DNA of 64,000 nt, taken from NCBI GenBank assembly GCA_965208105.1, contig OZ242318.1, positions 1,088,001-1,152,000 on the forward strand, in the 5' to 3' direction. The notes under the pieces were generated by a model, which was not told the DNA's origin, ran no database searches, and saw only the letters and a list, made by a program, of their open reading frames with translations. Each line of letters begins with the position of its first letter. The first letter of the stretch is position 1. The position numbers and the translations under genes are program-made. The DNA is from Candidatus Latescibacterota bacterium (GTDB lineage: Bacteria; Latescibacterota; UBA2968; UBA8231). Of the stretch, positions 9,828 to 19,502 are shown one piece after another.

Positions 9828-10790
9828 TCATTCACCGCCCGCCTCCCTGGCCGCCTCTTTGGCCTCCTGGATGAGCCTGAGGGCCTCGTCGCTGCGGGTG
9901 ACCATGATATCCGCCGTATCGCCGTAGATGTCCTCCGCCAGGGGGTCCGCCCCTGCCTCGAGCAGGACCTTCACAAGTCCTTCGCTATCGTTGCCGGCGG
10001 CCTTCATCAGGGGCGTCTGGCGGGACGTGTTAGTCGCGTTCACGTCCGCTCCCCCCTCCAGCAGGATCTCCACCGTGCTGGCCAGGTCGCGGACGATTGC
10101 GCGCATCAAAGCGGTGTTGCCGCGCTCGTCTCCAGCCTCCGTGTCGGCCCCTCCCTCCAGCAAGACCTCCACGCACTCGTCCTGCCCCTTCTCCGCCGCC
10201 AGGATCAGGACGGAATCGCCCTCCTTGTCCTTCGTATCGACATCCGCCCCCGCTTCCAGCATGGTCCTGACTACCTCGGCGAAATCCCCGATCACCGCCT
10301 GCACCATGACCGACTCGCCGTACTGGTTTTTCGCGTGTATGTCCGCCCCCGCCACTATCAGGGTCTGGACGACGTCGAAGTGGCCCTTGTCCGCCGCCCG
10401 GCTCAAGGCCGTCTCACCGTTGTTGTTCTGTGCGTTTACGTCGGCCCCGGCCCGCACCAGGACCTCCAACGCCCCGCCGTGCCCGCCGTTGGCACTCCGC
10501 ATCAAAGCGGTCCAGCCGAATCTGTCCCGGGCCTCGGCATCCGCACCCGCCTGCAACAAGATTTCCACGACCTCTCCATGGCCCGCGGCTGCGGCCTCCA
10601 GCAAGGGGGTCCAGTCGAAGTCGCTTTTGGCGTTCACGTCCGCTCCCGCCTGCAGCAATCGCCCGACCTCGGCCTGGTCGCCCGCCTTTGCCGCGGCCAC
10701 CAGCTTCAGCCCGGCCTCCTTGCCGCCGGTGCAGGCGGCGAGTCCGATAGCCAACCCCACCAGGGCCGTGAATGTCGTCATTCGAGGCAT
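9828..10790 (-). CDS. Ankyrin-repeat lipoprotein
   Basis: LAAC lipobox; about 8 repeats of G(W/E/N)TAL..AA..G...VV..LL.AGAD. Confidence 0.93.
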   Translation of the reverse strand: MPRMTTFTALVGLAIGLAACTGGKEAGLKLVAAAKAGDQAEVGRLLQAGADVNAKSDFDWTPLLEAAAAGHGEVVEILLQAGADAEARDRFGWTALMRSANGGHGGALEVLVRAGADVNAQNNNGETALSRAADKGHFDVVQTLIVAGADIHAKNQYGESVMVQAVIGDFAEVVRTMLEAGADVDTKDKEGDSVLILAAEKGQDECVEVLLEGGADTEAGDERGNTALMRAIVRDLASTVEILLEGGADVNATNTSRQTPLMKAAGNDSEGLVKVLLEAGADPLAEDIYGDTADIMVTRSDEALRLIQEAKEAAREAGGE

Positions 10791-10896
10791 GATCTCCCTC
10801 CCTCTGGTCTCATTGGTGCACTTCCGTCGTAAAGAGTTTCAATCCTGTCAGGCCGGGGCTTCTCCCCCGGCCAGGTGGAGGAGGCGGGAACCACGA

Positions 10897-12114
10897 TCAC
10901 GCCCCGGCGCGCTCCGCCCACAGTTCCCCCAGGCGGTCGAGGACGCGGTCGGCCACCGCCAGCTTGCTCATCTTGGGCAGCTCTTCCACCTTGCCGCCGG
11001 CGTCGATCAGAGTGACCACGTTGGTGTCCGAGCCGAATCCGGCATCTTCCCTGCCCACGTCATTGAGGACGATCAGGTCGCAGTTCTTCTTCTCGAGCTT
11101 CTCCCTCGCCCGCGCCAGGCCGGGCTCGGTCTCGGCGGCGAAGGCCACCAGCACCTGGTCCTGCTTGCGGCGCCCAAGACCCGCCGCGATGTCCGGGTTC
11201 TCCACCAGCTCGATGACGCGGGAACCTTCCCCCCGCTTTATCTTCTGCCCGGCCACCTGCCGCACCCTGTAGTCGGCCACCGCCGCCGCCATGACCACCC
11301 CGTCCATCCCGGCGAACAGCTCATCCACCGCGGCCTGCATCTCCAGGGTGGAGCGCACGGCGGTGTGCCGGACCCCGGCCGGGGGCGCCAGGTCGGTGGG
11401 ACCGGCGACCAGCCAGACCCGGGCGCCGCGCTCGCGCGCCCGCTGCGCCATGGCATAGCCCATCTTGCCGGTGGAGCGATTGCCGATGAAACGCACCGGG
11501 TCGATGTCCTCCACCGTGGGACCGGCGGTCACCAGGACCTTGCGGCCGTCGAGATCGGCGCGCCCGGCGAAGTGGCGCAGGATGGCGGCGGCGATGGTCC
11601 CCGGGTCGGCGAGGCGGCCCTGGCCAACCTCTCCCGAAGCCAGCTCACCGGTTTCGGGCTCCACCCACAAAAACCCGCGCTCCCGCAGCCGGGCGACATT
11701 GCGCTGCACCGCGGCGTTGTGAAGCATGCCCTCCTCCATGGCCGGCGCCACCAGCACGGGGGCGGTGGTGCTCAGCAGCAGGGTGGAAAGCAGATCGTCG
11801 CCAATGCCGTTGGCCATCTTGGCGATGATATTCGCGGTGGCCGGGGCGACCACCACCAGATCGGCCCAGGCGGCCAGTCCAACGTGCAGCACGGGAAACT
11901 CCCGCGAGGACTCGAAGAGACCGGTGTGCAACGGATGCCTGGAAAGCACCTCGAGGGTGGCGGGGGCGACGAACTTGTGCGCCGCCTCGGTCATCACCAC
12001 GCGCACATCGGCGCCCTCCCCGACCAGCTCGCGCAGGATCAACACGGCCTTGTAGGCGGCGATCCCCCCGCTGATTCCGAGCACGATCCTGCGCCCTTCA
12101 AGAGCGGTGCTCAT
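10897..12114 (-). CDS. coaBC: Bifunctional phosphopantothenoylcysteine decarboxylase/phosphopantothenate-cysteine ligase
   Basis: GISGGIAAYK, APATAN, APAM, TAGPT.E.IDPVRFIGNRSTGKMG, FAAET. Confidence 0.97.
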   Translation of the reverse strand: MSTALEGRRIVLGISGGIAAYKAVLILRELVGEGADVRVVMTEAAHKFVAPATLEVLSRHPLHTGLFESSREFPVLHVGLAAWADLVVVAPATANIIAKMANGIGDDLLSTLLLSTTAPVLVAPAMEEGMLHNAAVQRNVARLRERGFLWVEPETGELASGEVGQGRLADPGTIAAAILRHFAGRADLDGRKVLVTAGPTVEDIDPVRFIGNRSTGKMGYAMAQRARERGARVWLVAGPTDLAPPAGVRHTAVRSTLEMQAAVDELFAGMDGVVMAAAVADYRVRQVAGQKIKRGEGSRVIELVENPDIAAGLGRRKQDQVLVAFAAETEPGLARAREKLEKKNCDLIVLNDVGREDAGFGSDTNVVTLIDAGGKVEELPKMSKLAVADRVLDRLGELWAERAGA

Positions 12115-12661
12115 TCTCCCCTTTCCTTCGCTGCAAGCGGGAGATGATCAAATCGGCCACCCGCCCCTGCGAGCTGCGTTCCGTATCCACGACCAGATCG
12201 TACACAGAGAGATCCTCCATGTCTATAGCGTGATGGCGGCAATAGCGCGCCGCCTCGGAACCTTCGCGTTCCTCCATGGCGCACAGGGCCTGCGGGAGCG
12301 TCTGTCCGTCGCGGCGGCCGATGCGGGCGGCGCGCGTCGGCGCCGATGCCTGCAGCCAGACCTTCAGCGCCGGCAGGCCGTGGCGGGCGGCCATCCAGCC
12401 GGTGACGCGCCCCTCCAGGATCACCCCCCGGCACCGCCGCGCCTCCTCCACCATGCGGGCGTCGAGCCCGGTGTCGATGCGGGAGTCGGTCTCGGCGCGG
12501 CGGCCGAACTCGGCCAGCGTGACACCGGCCTCCGCGGCCATGGTGCGGAAGATGCCCCCGGCGTTAATGTACCGCCATTGCAGGCGCTCCGCCAACCGCC
12601 GGCTGGTGGTGGTGGTGCCGCTGCCGGGAAGCCCGCTCACCGCAATGATGCCTTCCTTCAC
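12098..12661 (-). CDS. cmk: Archaeal-type (type 2) cytidylate kinase family protein
   Basis: IAVSGLPGSGTTT, AGGIFR.MA, ILEGR..GW, R..RI..RD, YDLVVDT. Confidence 0.75.
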   Translation of the reverse strand: MKEGIIAVSGLPGSGTTTTSRRLAERLQWRYINAGGIFRTMAAEAGVTLAEFGRRAETDSRIDTGLDARMVEEARRCRGVILEGRVTGWMAARHGLPALKVWLQASAPTRAARIGRRDGQTLPQALCAMEEREGSEAARYCRHHAIDMEDLSVYDLVVDTERSSQGRVADLIISRLQRRKGENEHRS

Positions 12662-12669
12662 TACTCACC

Positions 12670-13551
12670 TCAGGCCAGGTTCTGCACCTGCTCGCGCAGG
12701 CGTTCCACCTCTTCCTTGATCTCCAGCACCAGGTGGACGATCTCCGATTCCGTGGACTTGGAGCTGATGGTATTGGCCTCCCTGTTCATCTCCTGGAGAA
12801 TGAAATTCAGCCGCCTGCCCACCTCCCCTCCCCTGTCCAGGGTATCGAGGAACTGAGCGTTGTGGCTGCGGAAGCGCACCACCTCCTCGGTGGTATCGCT
12901 GCGCTCGGCCAGCATGACCACTTCCTGCGCCAGGCGGTCCTCGTCCACCTCGCCGGGACGCAGCAGGGCTTCGACCCGCTCCCGCAGGCGCGCCCGCAGG
13001 CGGCCGCGGGCCTCCGCCGCCATGGCCTCGACCCGCTCAAGCGTTTCCTGCAGCCCGAGCACCCGTTGCCGCAGGTCCCGGCCCAGTGCCTCGCCCTCCC
13101 TGGCGCACATGCGGACGAAGTCGTCGAGGGCGGCGTCCACGGCTCCGGACAGCAACTCCTCAACCGCTTCGGGCTGCAGCGTTGTCGGCGCGCTCTTGAA
13201 AAGACCGGGAAGCCCGGCCACCAGGGCCAGATCGGGACGGCCTTCCATTCCGCCTATGCCGCCGCACAGCTTTTCGAGCTCATCGTAATAGTGCCGCGCC
13301 AGATCTTCGTCCAGGACGGGCAGGGGGTTTGCCGCGGCCGCCTCTTCCCAGTCGACGAATACCGTTATCTTGCCGCGGCCGATGCGGCGGCGCAGCCTCG
13401 CCCTGACCCCGGCCTCGAATCTCTGAAGGCGGGGGGGGCAGCGGATCTGGATATCGCAGTAGCGGCTGTTGACCGAGCGCAGCTCGACCTTCACCTGCCC
13501 GTGTTCCCCTTCGGCGGAGCCGCTGCCGAATCCCGTCATGCTGCTGATCAT
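12670..13551 (-). CDS. yicC: YicC/YloC family endoribonuclease
   Basis: SMTGFG, LRSVNSRY, GRRLNFILQEMNREANTISSK, REQVQN. Confidence 0.95.
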   Translation of the reverse strand: MISSMTGFGSGSAEGEHGQVKVELRSVNSRYCDIQIRCPPRLQRFEAGVRARLRRRIGRGKITVFVDWEEAAAANPLPVLDEDLARHYYDELEKLCGGIGGMEGRPDLALVAGLPGLFKSAPTTLQPEAVEELLSGAVDAALDDFVRMCAREGEALGRDLRQRVLGLQETLERVEAMAAEARGRLRARLRERVEALLRPGEVDEDRLAQEVVMLAERSDTTEEVVRFRSHNAQFLDTLDRGGEVGRRLNFILQEMNREANTISSKSTESEIVHLVLEIKEEVERLREQVQNLA

Positions 13552-13563
13552 GCAAATCCTCCT

Positions 13564-14865
13564 CTAAGGTACCGGGCCGGGGTCAACCTCGACCCTGGTG
13601 GCGACGAAACCCTGCAGGCGGGCGAGGCCCTCGCCCTCCATGGTCGACTTCATCAGGCCCTCTCCCGTGGCGATCCACGCTTTGCGATGCCGCTCGTCCA
13701 GGGCGATGTCCAGCACCAGGCCGCCGCCGTCCGGCGATAAAAGGTGGTGGGACAGCAGGGCGCCCTCCGCGCTGAATACGGCCAGCTCGGTCGGGCTCAC
13801 CACCCAGCAGGCGCCGCCGTGCCGGTCGACGTCCAGGGCGAGGGCGCCTGAAAATGGCAGCTCCGCTTCCAGGGCGCCGCCGCCGGCCCCGTCCAGGCGC
13901 AGGAGTCCGCCGCCGTCCCGCACCAGGAGCCAGGCGCGGCTCCCGGGAGCGGCGGCGATCGCCAGCGGACGCGGCACGTCGCGCCATTCCATCCGGCTTC
14001 TGCCCTCGTGCCCGTAGAGAAGCACCCGTTCCTCCTCCCTGTCCACGATCCAGCAGCGCCCGTCCCGCGCCGCCAGGAACATAGGTTCGGAAAAATGGGC
14101 GTCCACTTCAAGCAGCTCCAGCGGATCGCCGGGCTGCGCCGGGGAAAACGAGTAGACTGTCCGGCGCCCGGCGTCGATGATCCATCCGAGGTCGTGCTCC
14201 GAATCGATGCTCAACCCGGAGGGGCGCTCCATGTCCGCTTCGAACTCCTGCAGCTCCTCCTCCTTGTCCAGGCGAAAGAGCCCCCGGACCTGGGCGGCGC
14301 TGACCCAGCAGGACCCGTCTTTGCGGTAGAGCGCCAGGTCGGCGACGGCGGGGAAGTCCAACCACCTGAACTGGGCGCTGCGTCCGTCCGGGCTGATCTT
14401 CCAGACCGAGTTGGCGGGGAAATCGGCCACCCAGGCGGTCTCCTCGCCGGGGATGGCGCGGCTGAAGCCGACTCCAAGGTTGACCCTGTCGACTATGCCG
14501 AGAACTCTCTCGTGAAAAACCTCCCCTTCGCCGTCGATCAGCAAGCCCAGCTGGTAGTCGTGGACCACGCCGTTGACCAATCCCGTGTCCGTGTAACCGA
14601 GCTCCCCGGGCTGCAGAGGAGAAACCGGGTGGAGGGCGAAATCTCCCTCGCCGACGCGGCGGTAGAGGCGCAGAGCGTCGATGTCCTCGAAGCGGCTGTA
14701 GTCCCAGCGCAGGCGCACCTCGCTGTCGCCGGCCAGGGCCGCCAGGGGGATGTAGGAGTCCTGGGGGTTCCTGGCATCCCAGTCCAGGGGGTTGCGGCGC
14801 TGGCGCTCAGCGCAGCCGCCGGCCGCCAGGAGCAGGCAGCAGATGTATATCAACCTGAGTGCCAT
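13564..14865 (-). CDS. Lipoprotein with FN3-like N-terminus and beta-propeller
   Basis: AGGC lipobox, RRNPLD, FN3-like VRLRW..LYRR..YTDTGL, repeated CWV/CWI blades. Confidence 0.65.
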   Translation of the reverse strand: MALRLIYICCLLLAAGGCAERQRRNPLDWDARNPQDSYIPLAALAGDSEVRLRWDYSRFEDIDALRLYRRVGEGDFALHPVSPLQPGELGYTDTGLVNGVVHDYQLGLLIDGEGEVFHERVLGIVDRVNLGVGFSRAIPGEETAWVADFPANSVWKISPDGRSAQFRWLDFPAVADLALYRKDGSCWVSAAQVRGLFRLDKEEELQEFEADMERPSGLSIDSEHDLGWIIDAGRRTVYSFSPAQPGDPLELLEVDAHFSEPMFLAARDGRCWIVDREEERVLLYGHEGRSRMEWRDVPRPLAIAAAPGSRAWLLVRDGGGLLRLDGAGGGALEAELPFSGALALDVDRHGGACWVVSPTELAVFSAEGALLSHHLLSPDGGGLVLDIALDERHRKAWIATGEGLMKSTMEGEGLARLQGFVATRVEVDPGPVP

Positions 14866-15310
14866 GAGAGAAGAATACGAAATAGGTGGTCAGGACGATG
14901 CCCGCTTCCATCGCCGCGAAGGCGGCGCCGGCGATGCGGTCGTAGCGCTCGGCCCGCTCGAACTGCTTTTCCCGGCGCCTGATTCCGGCCGAGCGCAGGT
15001 AGCTCTCGTAGGCCTCGTCGGCGCGGTGCTTGCTCCACAGAGCCAGGCCGCCGCCGCCCAGGGCGAGGGCCGCGCTCAGGTAGAGCCTGGCGCGGGGGCG
15101 GCTTCCCTCCCCCCCTCTGCCGCGCTGCCGGATCAGGCCCGGGCCCCGTGCCGCGGCTGCCTGCGCCTGCCACGGCTCTTTACAGCGCCAGGAAGGCAGG
15201 GACGGGAAGGCGGGGGGCAGCCTCCCCTCCAGCGGCTCGGGCTCGCCGCCGAAGGCAAGACCCTGCGCCGCCATCATAGCCGACAGGGAGCAGATCAGAA
15301 ACCGCATCAT
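14807..15310 (-). CDS. Hypothetical membrane protein
   Basis: Signal-like N-terminus and two hydrophobic segments flanking ADEAYESY; fills the operon gap; start uncertain. Confidence 0.55.
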   Translation of the reverse strand: MMRFLICSLSAMMAAQGLAFGGEPEPLEGRLPPAFPSLPSWRCKEPWQAQAAAARGPGLIRQRGRGGEGSRPRARLYLSAALALGGGGLALWSKHRADEAYESYLRSAGIRRREKQFERAERYDRIAGAAFAAMEAGIVLTTYFVFFSHGTQVDIHLLPAPGGRRLR

Positions 15311-15320
15311 GGAAGATTTC

Positions 15321-16607
15321 CTAGTGCTCGGCGAATACATAAATCCTCTTGTTCTCCGAAGCGATGCCCACCACTCCCGGACCCAGGGCCACCGCCTCCT
15401 GGGCGGGGCCGTTCAGGCGATACTTCCAGAGCAGGCGTCCCGACTCGCTGTCCAGGGCGTAGAGGTGCTGGTCGCTGCTGCCGCAGTAGACCGTCCCGCC
15501 CGCGATGGCCGGGCTGGAGCGCACCACACCTCCGGTGGCGTAGCTCCAGCGCCGGGCACCCGACCGCGGGTCCAGCCCGTGGACGTGATGATCGGCCGAC
15601 CCCACCACCAGGACCCCGGGACCCAGGGCCATGCCCGGGGCCGGCAGGGCTCCCACCCGTGCCCGCCAGACCACCTCTCCGGAACCGGCGCTCAGAGCCA
15701 GCACGGTCCCCGCGGCGGTGCCGACGAAGACCCGATCCTCCGCGGCCACGGGACGGGCGCGCACCGCGTCGTCCAGCTGACGGCTCCAGCGGCGGGTTCC
15801 ATCCCCCAGCTCGAAGGCCGCGACGAGGCCGGAACCGTCGCCAGCGTAGACCTCCTCCGCCCCCATGGCCGCTGCCACCCGCAGGCGGCCCCCCAGGCGG
15901 GCCTGCCACAGCCTCTCCCCGGTGGAGGCGCGCAATGCCTGCAGCACCCCCGCCTCCACGGCCGCCACCAGGGTGTCGTTGCGGCCGGCGAGAGGCGCGC
16001 AGACGGCGGCCTCGGTGGGAACGGTCCAGCGCAGCTGCCGCGTGAGGCGGTCGAAGGCGCGCAGCCGGGGCTCCTTTCCTGCCTCGGCGAAGACCAGCAT
16101 GCGGCCGGCCAACAGGGGCGCGGCGCACACCGCGGCGGAACCGGGGCGGCGGCCCAGGAGCCGGCCGCTGCGAATCTCGAAGGCGTAGATGGAGCCCGCC
16201 GCGGTGAGCTGCAGCACCGCGTTTCCCGCGAAGAACGGAGGACCGAGGGGGGCGGCATCGATCTTCTGGTTCCACAATTGCTTCAGAGGCGGTTGCAGGT
16301 CCCGCGGCGCAAAGGAGTGGGCGGCTGCGGTGCCGCCGGCCTGCAGCCACTCGCTGCCGTTTTCCCCGGGCAGGTAGAACTCCTTTTCCCGGCACCCGGT
16401 CCCCAGCAGCAGGACCCCCAGCAGGCAGCTCCGCCAGGCGCTCCTAGTGCCTGCTTGCGTAAGTAAGCGTACGAACGAGGGCGCAGAAGCGCCCGGCTCG
16501 CCAGGCGCCTGAGCGAGTCGTACCTGGAGTGTACGGCGAGGGAGGGCAACGCCGCGAGCCGGGATGCAGCGGCGGCCGAATTCACGCGGAATTGCGCAAG
16601 CAGGCAC
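15321..16607 (-). CDS. PQQ-like beta-propeller lipoprotein (BamB-like); 5' end altered by MITE insertion
   Basis: Repeated (L/F)..  .G...W blade motifs and GTGC lipobox; the present start is probably the MITE-derived GTG at 16607, the ancestral start probably TTG at 16623. Confidence 0.75.
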   Translation of the reverse strand: MPACAIPREFGRRCIPARGVALPRRTLQVRLAQAPGEPGASAPSFVRLLTQAGTRSAWRSCLLGVLLLGTGCREKEFYLPGENGSEWLQAGGTAAAHSFAPRDLQPPLKQLWNQKIDAAPLGPPFFAGNAVLQLTAAGSIYAFEIRSGRLLGRRPGSAAVCAAPLLAGRMLVFAEAGKEPRLRAFDRLTRQLRWTVPTEAAVCAPLAGRNDTLVAAVEAGVLQALRASTGERLWQARLGGRLRVAAAMGAEEVYAGDGSGLVAAFELGDGTRRWSRQLDDAVRARPVAAEDRVFVGTAAGTVLALSAGSGEVVWRARVGALPAPGMALGPGVLVVGSADHHVHGLDPRSGARRWSYATGGVVRSSPAIAGGTVYCGSSDQHLYALDSESGRLLWKYRLNGPAQEAVALGPGVVGIASENKRIYVFAEH

Positions 16608-16610
16608 TAG
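16444..16610. mobile_element. MITE copy 2 (167 bp including both CTAG)
   Basis: Near-identical to 8873-9039; same TIRs; sits on the TAG stop of the Omp85-like gene. Confidence 0.9.
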
Positions 16611-19438
16611 TAATCCCAGCCAAAGAAGAAGTCCCAGCGCGTGTCGTTTCCAAGGCTTTCGAAGTCGGTCCGCCTCGCCGCGTCGAGGCGAAAGACGAAT
16701 ATCCCTCCCAGCGCCAGGCGCACTCCGGCCCCCAGGCTGCCCTTCCACCCCCCGAACTCCCCGGTCCAGGCATTGCCGGCGTCCACGAAGAGAGCTCCGC
16801 GGAAGGCGCTGAGATCGATGTTCCCCACCGGCAGGCCGATCACCAGGCGGTCCAGCAGGGGGAACCGCAGCTCGTTGTTGAGCAGCAGCGCCTTGCTGCC
16901 CCATATCGAGCGCCAGCCGTAGCCGCGCAGGGTCCAGCTGCCGCCCAGAGGGAAGAACTCGGGAACGTCCCCGGAGCTGTGCCTCCCCATGAGGCGGAGG
17001 GCCAGGGCGCTGCGCCGCGACAGGCGAAAATAATGGCGGTAGTCGCCGAACAGGGTGACGTTGAAGCGGCGCGACCGCTTGAAATCCACCGTCTGCGCGG
17101 CGCCGAAGCTGTAGCGCTTGCCCTCCAGTGGTCCGGTGATGGTCCAAATGCTGCTGTCGTGGGTGTAGCTCAGCGCATTGGTGACCAGCCAGCCTTTCAG
17201 GCGCCCGCCGCCGGATTGGCGGTCGATGCTGGCGTGGCGCAGGGAGAGCCCGGTTTCCACCCGGTCGAAGCGGGAGAAAGGGTAGCTCAGGTCGATGCTG
17301 GCGCCGACCCGCTTCTCGCGCACCCGGCGCCCAAAGCGTCCGCTGAGACGGTCGTTGAGGCGAAAGACGCCCCAGGTGGTGTTGAGCTGCCTTCCCAGGT
17401 GCTGGCGTCCGAGCACCATGTTGAGCCCGTTGAGTACATCCACGTTGCCGGAGATGTGCGACAGCACCAGGTAGTAGTGGTCGTTGCCCAGCATGTCGCT
17501 CATCCCCACCTGGATTCCGCCCGAGGTGCCGAAGTCGAGGTCCTGTGAAATCTGGCTCTGGGCGATATCCAGGGACATCTTCTTCCTGTACTTCTTGCGG
17601 GCAAGGGGACCGCCCAGCGCCGCCTCGGGCTTCCACGTCGCGGCCTTTGCCGAGGGCAGGGATTCCCAGGCCACCGCGGCGCTGTCGTCCCGACCCAGCT
17701 CCTGGTGGTAGATCTGAAACCGGCCGTCCTCGTAGCCGGAGAACAGCAGCCCCCGCCGGTCCGGAGTCCACACCGGGTCGAAGGTCCCGGTCAGGGTCCG
17801 GGTGACGCGCCGGGTGGCCGCCCGCAGCCCGCCTTCCGGGGCCCGGGACAGGCGCATGGCATAGAGGTTGAACATGGTGTCGCGGTCGGAGCTGAAGACG
17901 AGACTCTGCCCGCCGGGCGACCAGGCCGGCTGCAGGTCGTTGTGCCATCCTCTGGTCAGGGGCAGGACCTGCCGCTCTTCCACCTCGTAGAGGAACAGAT
18001 TGTAGAATCCCCGGCGCCCCCCTTCCCAGCGGTCCGAGCTGAAGGCGATGCGGCTCCCGTCGGCGGACCAGTCCGGGTCGCGGTCGTGGTAGATGTCGGA
18101 GGTCAGGGCCTGCAGGCTGCCATCCACCGTGTCGACCACGTAGAGGTCCGCAATACCCCCCTTGTGGGCTCCCGAGAACACCAGGCGGCGGCCGTCCGGG
18201 GACCACGAGGGCGAGGAGATGGCGACGACCTCATCGAAGGAGAAGCGGCGCTCCTCCCTGCCCTGGCACAGGTCCCAGATGTAGAGGTGATCGCGTCCGG
18301 CGCGCTTGGCGGAGAATGCCAGGCGGCGGCCGTCCGCCGAGACCGCCGGCTTGGTGTCCAGGGCGTGCAGGGCCTCGAAGGAGGGCGAGCGCTCCCCTTC
18401 CACCACGACCACGTCATCGCCGCCCTGCAGCGAGCTGCGCACGATCTGGGTATAGCCCTGGTAGTTCCTGAAGAATATGACCCCGGCGCTGTCGCCGGCG
18501 GCGAAGACCTGCGGCTTCACGTTGAAGCCCCGCCGGGTCAGGGGGCGGGCGAGCCGGCTGGGCGGATCGGCGGCGGCGATATCGGGCAGGTACTCCTTGC
18601 CCAGCCGGTACTGCCAGTCCTTGTCCAGCTTGGCCAGGGAATCGCCGGTGACCTTCTCGAAGACCTCGGCGAAGTCGCGGCCGCGCCACCAGTTGTCGAG
18701 CAGCAGGGCGAAGATGTCCTCCCCGTAGGTGGCCGCCATGTGGGCGCAGATGGACTGCCCCTCCTTGTAGAGCTGGAAGGTGCCGTGGATGAAGTGCATG
18801 CCGTCGATGGCCACCAGGCGGCGCGAGAACAGGGAGTCTCGGATGATCATGTCGGCGTAGGTGTCCCATTCCCCTGACCAGTACTCGGCGAGACCTTCGG
18901 AAAACCACAGGGGGGCGGGCCTGAAGTCGGTGATGCCGCGGCGGCCCAGGACCTGCTTGATGCGGTCGGCCATGAAGACGTGCACCAGCTCGTGGCGCAG
19001 GACGCGTTCGAATTCGGGCAGGGAGCCGCTCAGCGGCAGCACCACCCTGCCCTTGAGGAACTCGGTGAATCCTGCAACCCCCGGCGGCAGGAGATCGGGG
19101 ATGATGTTGGTCTGCTCGAAGTAGACGTGGGAGGAATAGATGATGAGAGGAATGCGGCGCTGCACGGTGTGGGCGAATTTGCGCTCCAGGTCGGCGAATC
19201 CCCGTTCGGCCATCTCGGCGGCGTACCCTGCCAGTTCCTCCTCCTCGGCGTAGAAGTAGAGATCGAAGTGGTCGGTCTCGGTCTTCTGCCACTGGAAATC
19301 GGCGTACTGGACCTTGTTCTTGCCGAAGCGATGGACCTGGGAGGCGCCCGGATCGGCGCCCGCAACCAGGGCGGCGAGCGCCACCGGCAGGAGGAGGCCG
19401 AGATGGCGCCGGAGGTCGAATGAGGTGGAAGCGTGCAT
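16607..19438 (-). CDS. Outer-membrane protein: gluzincin peptidase-like domain, PD40/TolB propeller and Omp85/BamA-like barrel
   Basis: FGKNKVQY, LRHELVH and WFSEGLAEY, PSWSPDG repeats, LGG..TLRGY, FVDAG, C-terminal FFFGWDY. Confidence 0.8.
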   Translation of the reverse strand: MHASTSFDLRRHLGLLLPVALAALVAGADPGASQVHRFGKNKVQYADFQWQKTETDHFDLYFYAEEEELAGYAAEMAERGFADLERKFAHTVQRRIPLIIYSSHVYFEQTNIIPDLLPPGVAGFTEFLKGRVVLPLSGSLPEFERVLRHELVHVFMADRIKQVLGRRGITDFRPAPLWFSEGLAEYWSGEWDTYADMIIRDSLFSRRLVAIDGMHFIHGTFQLYKEGQSICAHMAATYGEDIFALLLDNWWRGRDFAEVFEKVTGDSLAKLDKDWQYRLGKEYLPDIAAADPPSRLARPLTRRGFNVKPQVFAAGDSAGVIFFRNYQGYTQIVRSSLQGGDDVVVVEGERSPSFEALHALDTKPAVSADGRRLAFSAKRAGRDHLYIWDLCQGREERRFSFDEVVAISSPSWSPDGRRLVFSGAHKGGIADLYVVDTVDGSLQALTSDIYHDRDPDWSADGSRIAFSSDRWEGGRRGFYNLFLYEVEERQVLPLTRGWHNDLQPAWSPGGQSLVFSSDRDTMFNLYAMRLSRAPEGGLRAATRRVTRTLTGTFDPVWTPDRRGLLFSGYEDGRFQIYHQELGRDDSAAVAWESLPSAKAATWKPEAALGGPLARKKYRKKMSLDIAQSQISQDLDFGTSGGIQVGMSDMLGNDHYYLVLSHISGNVDVLNGLNMVLGRQHLGRQLNTTWGVFRLNDRLSGRFGRRVREKRVGASIDLSYPFSRFDRVETGLSLRHASIDRQSGGGRLKGWLVTNALSYTHDSSIWTITGPLEGKRYSFGAAQTVDFKRSRRFNVTLFGDYRHYFRLSRRSALALRLMGRHSSGDVPEFFPLGGSWTLRGYGWRSIWGSKALLLNNELRFPLLDRLVIGLPVGNIDLSAFRGALFVDAGNAWTGEFGGWKGSLGAGVRLALGGIFVFRLDAARRTDFESLGNDTRWDFFFGWDY

Positions 19439-19502
19439 GGAACTAGCGAACCAGAGAATGGGTTCCGGGAAGGGTCCGCGCAGCCCGCCGGGCTGCGGGG
19501 CT

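Noticed and set aside
15321-15329. CTAGTGCTC identical to the IS630 left end
   Set aside because: Only 9 nt, explained by the codons Glu-His-stop, with no partner end
16608-18206. N-terminal part of the 961-aa ORF 15321-18206
   Set aside because: Off-frame overlap with the Omp85-like gene, joined to the PQQ gene only through the open MITE frame
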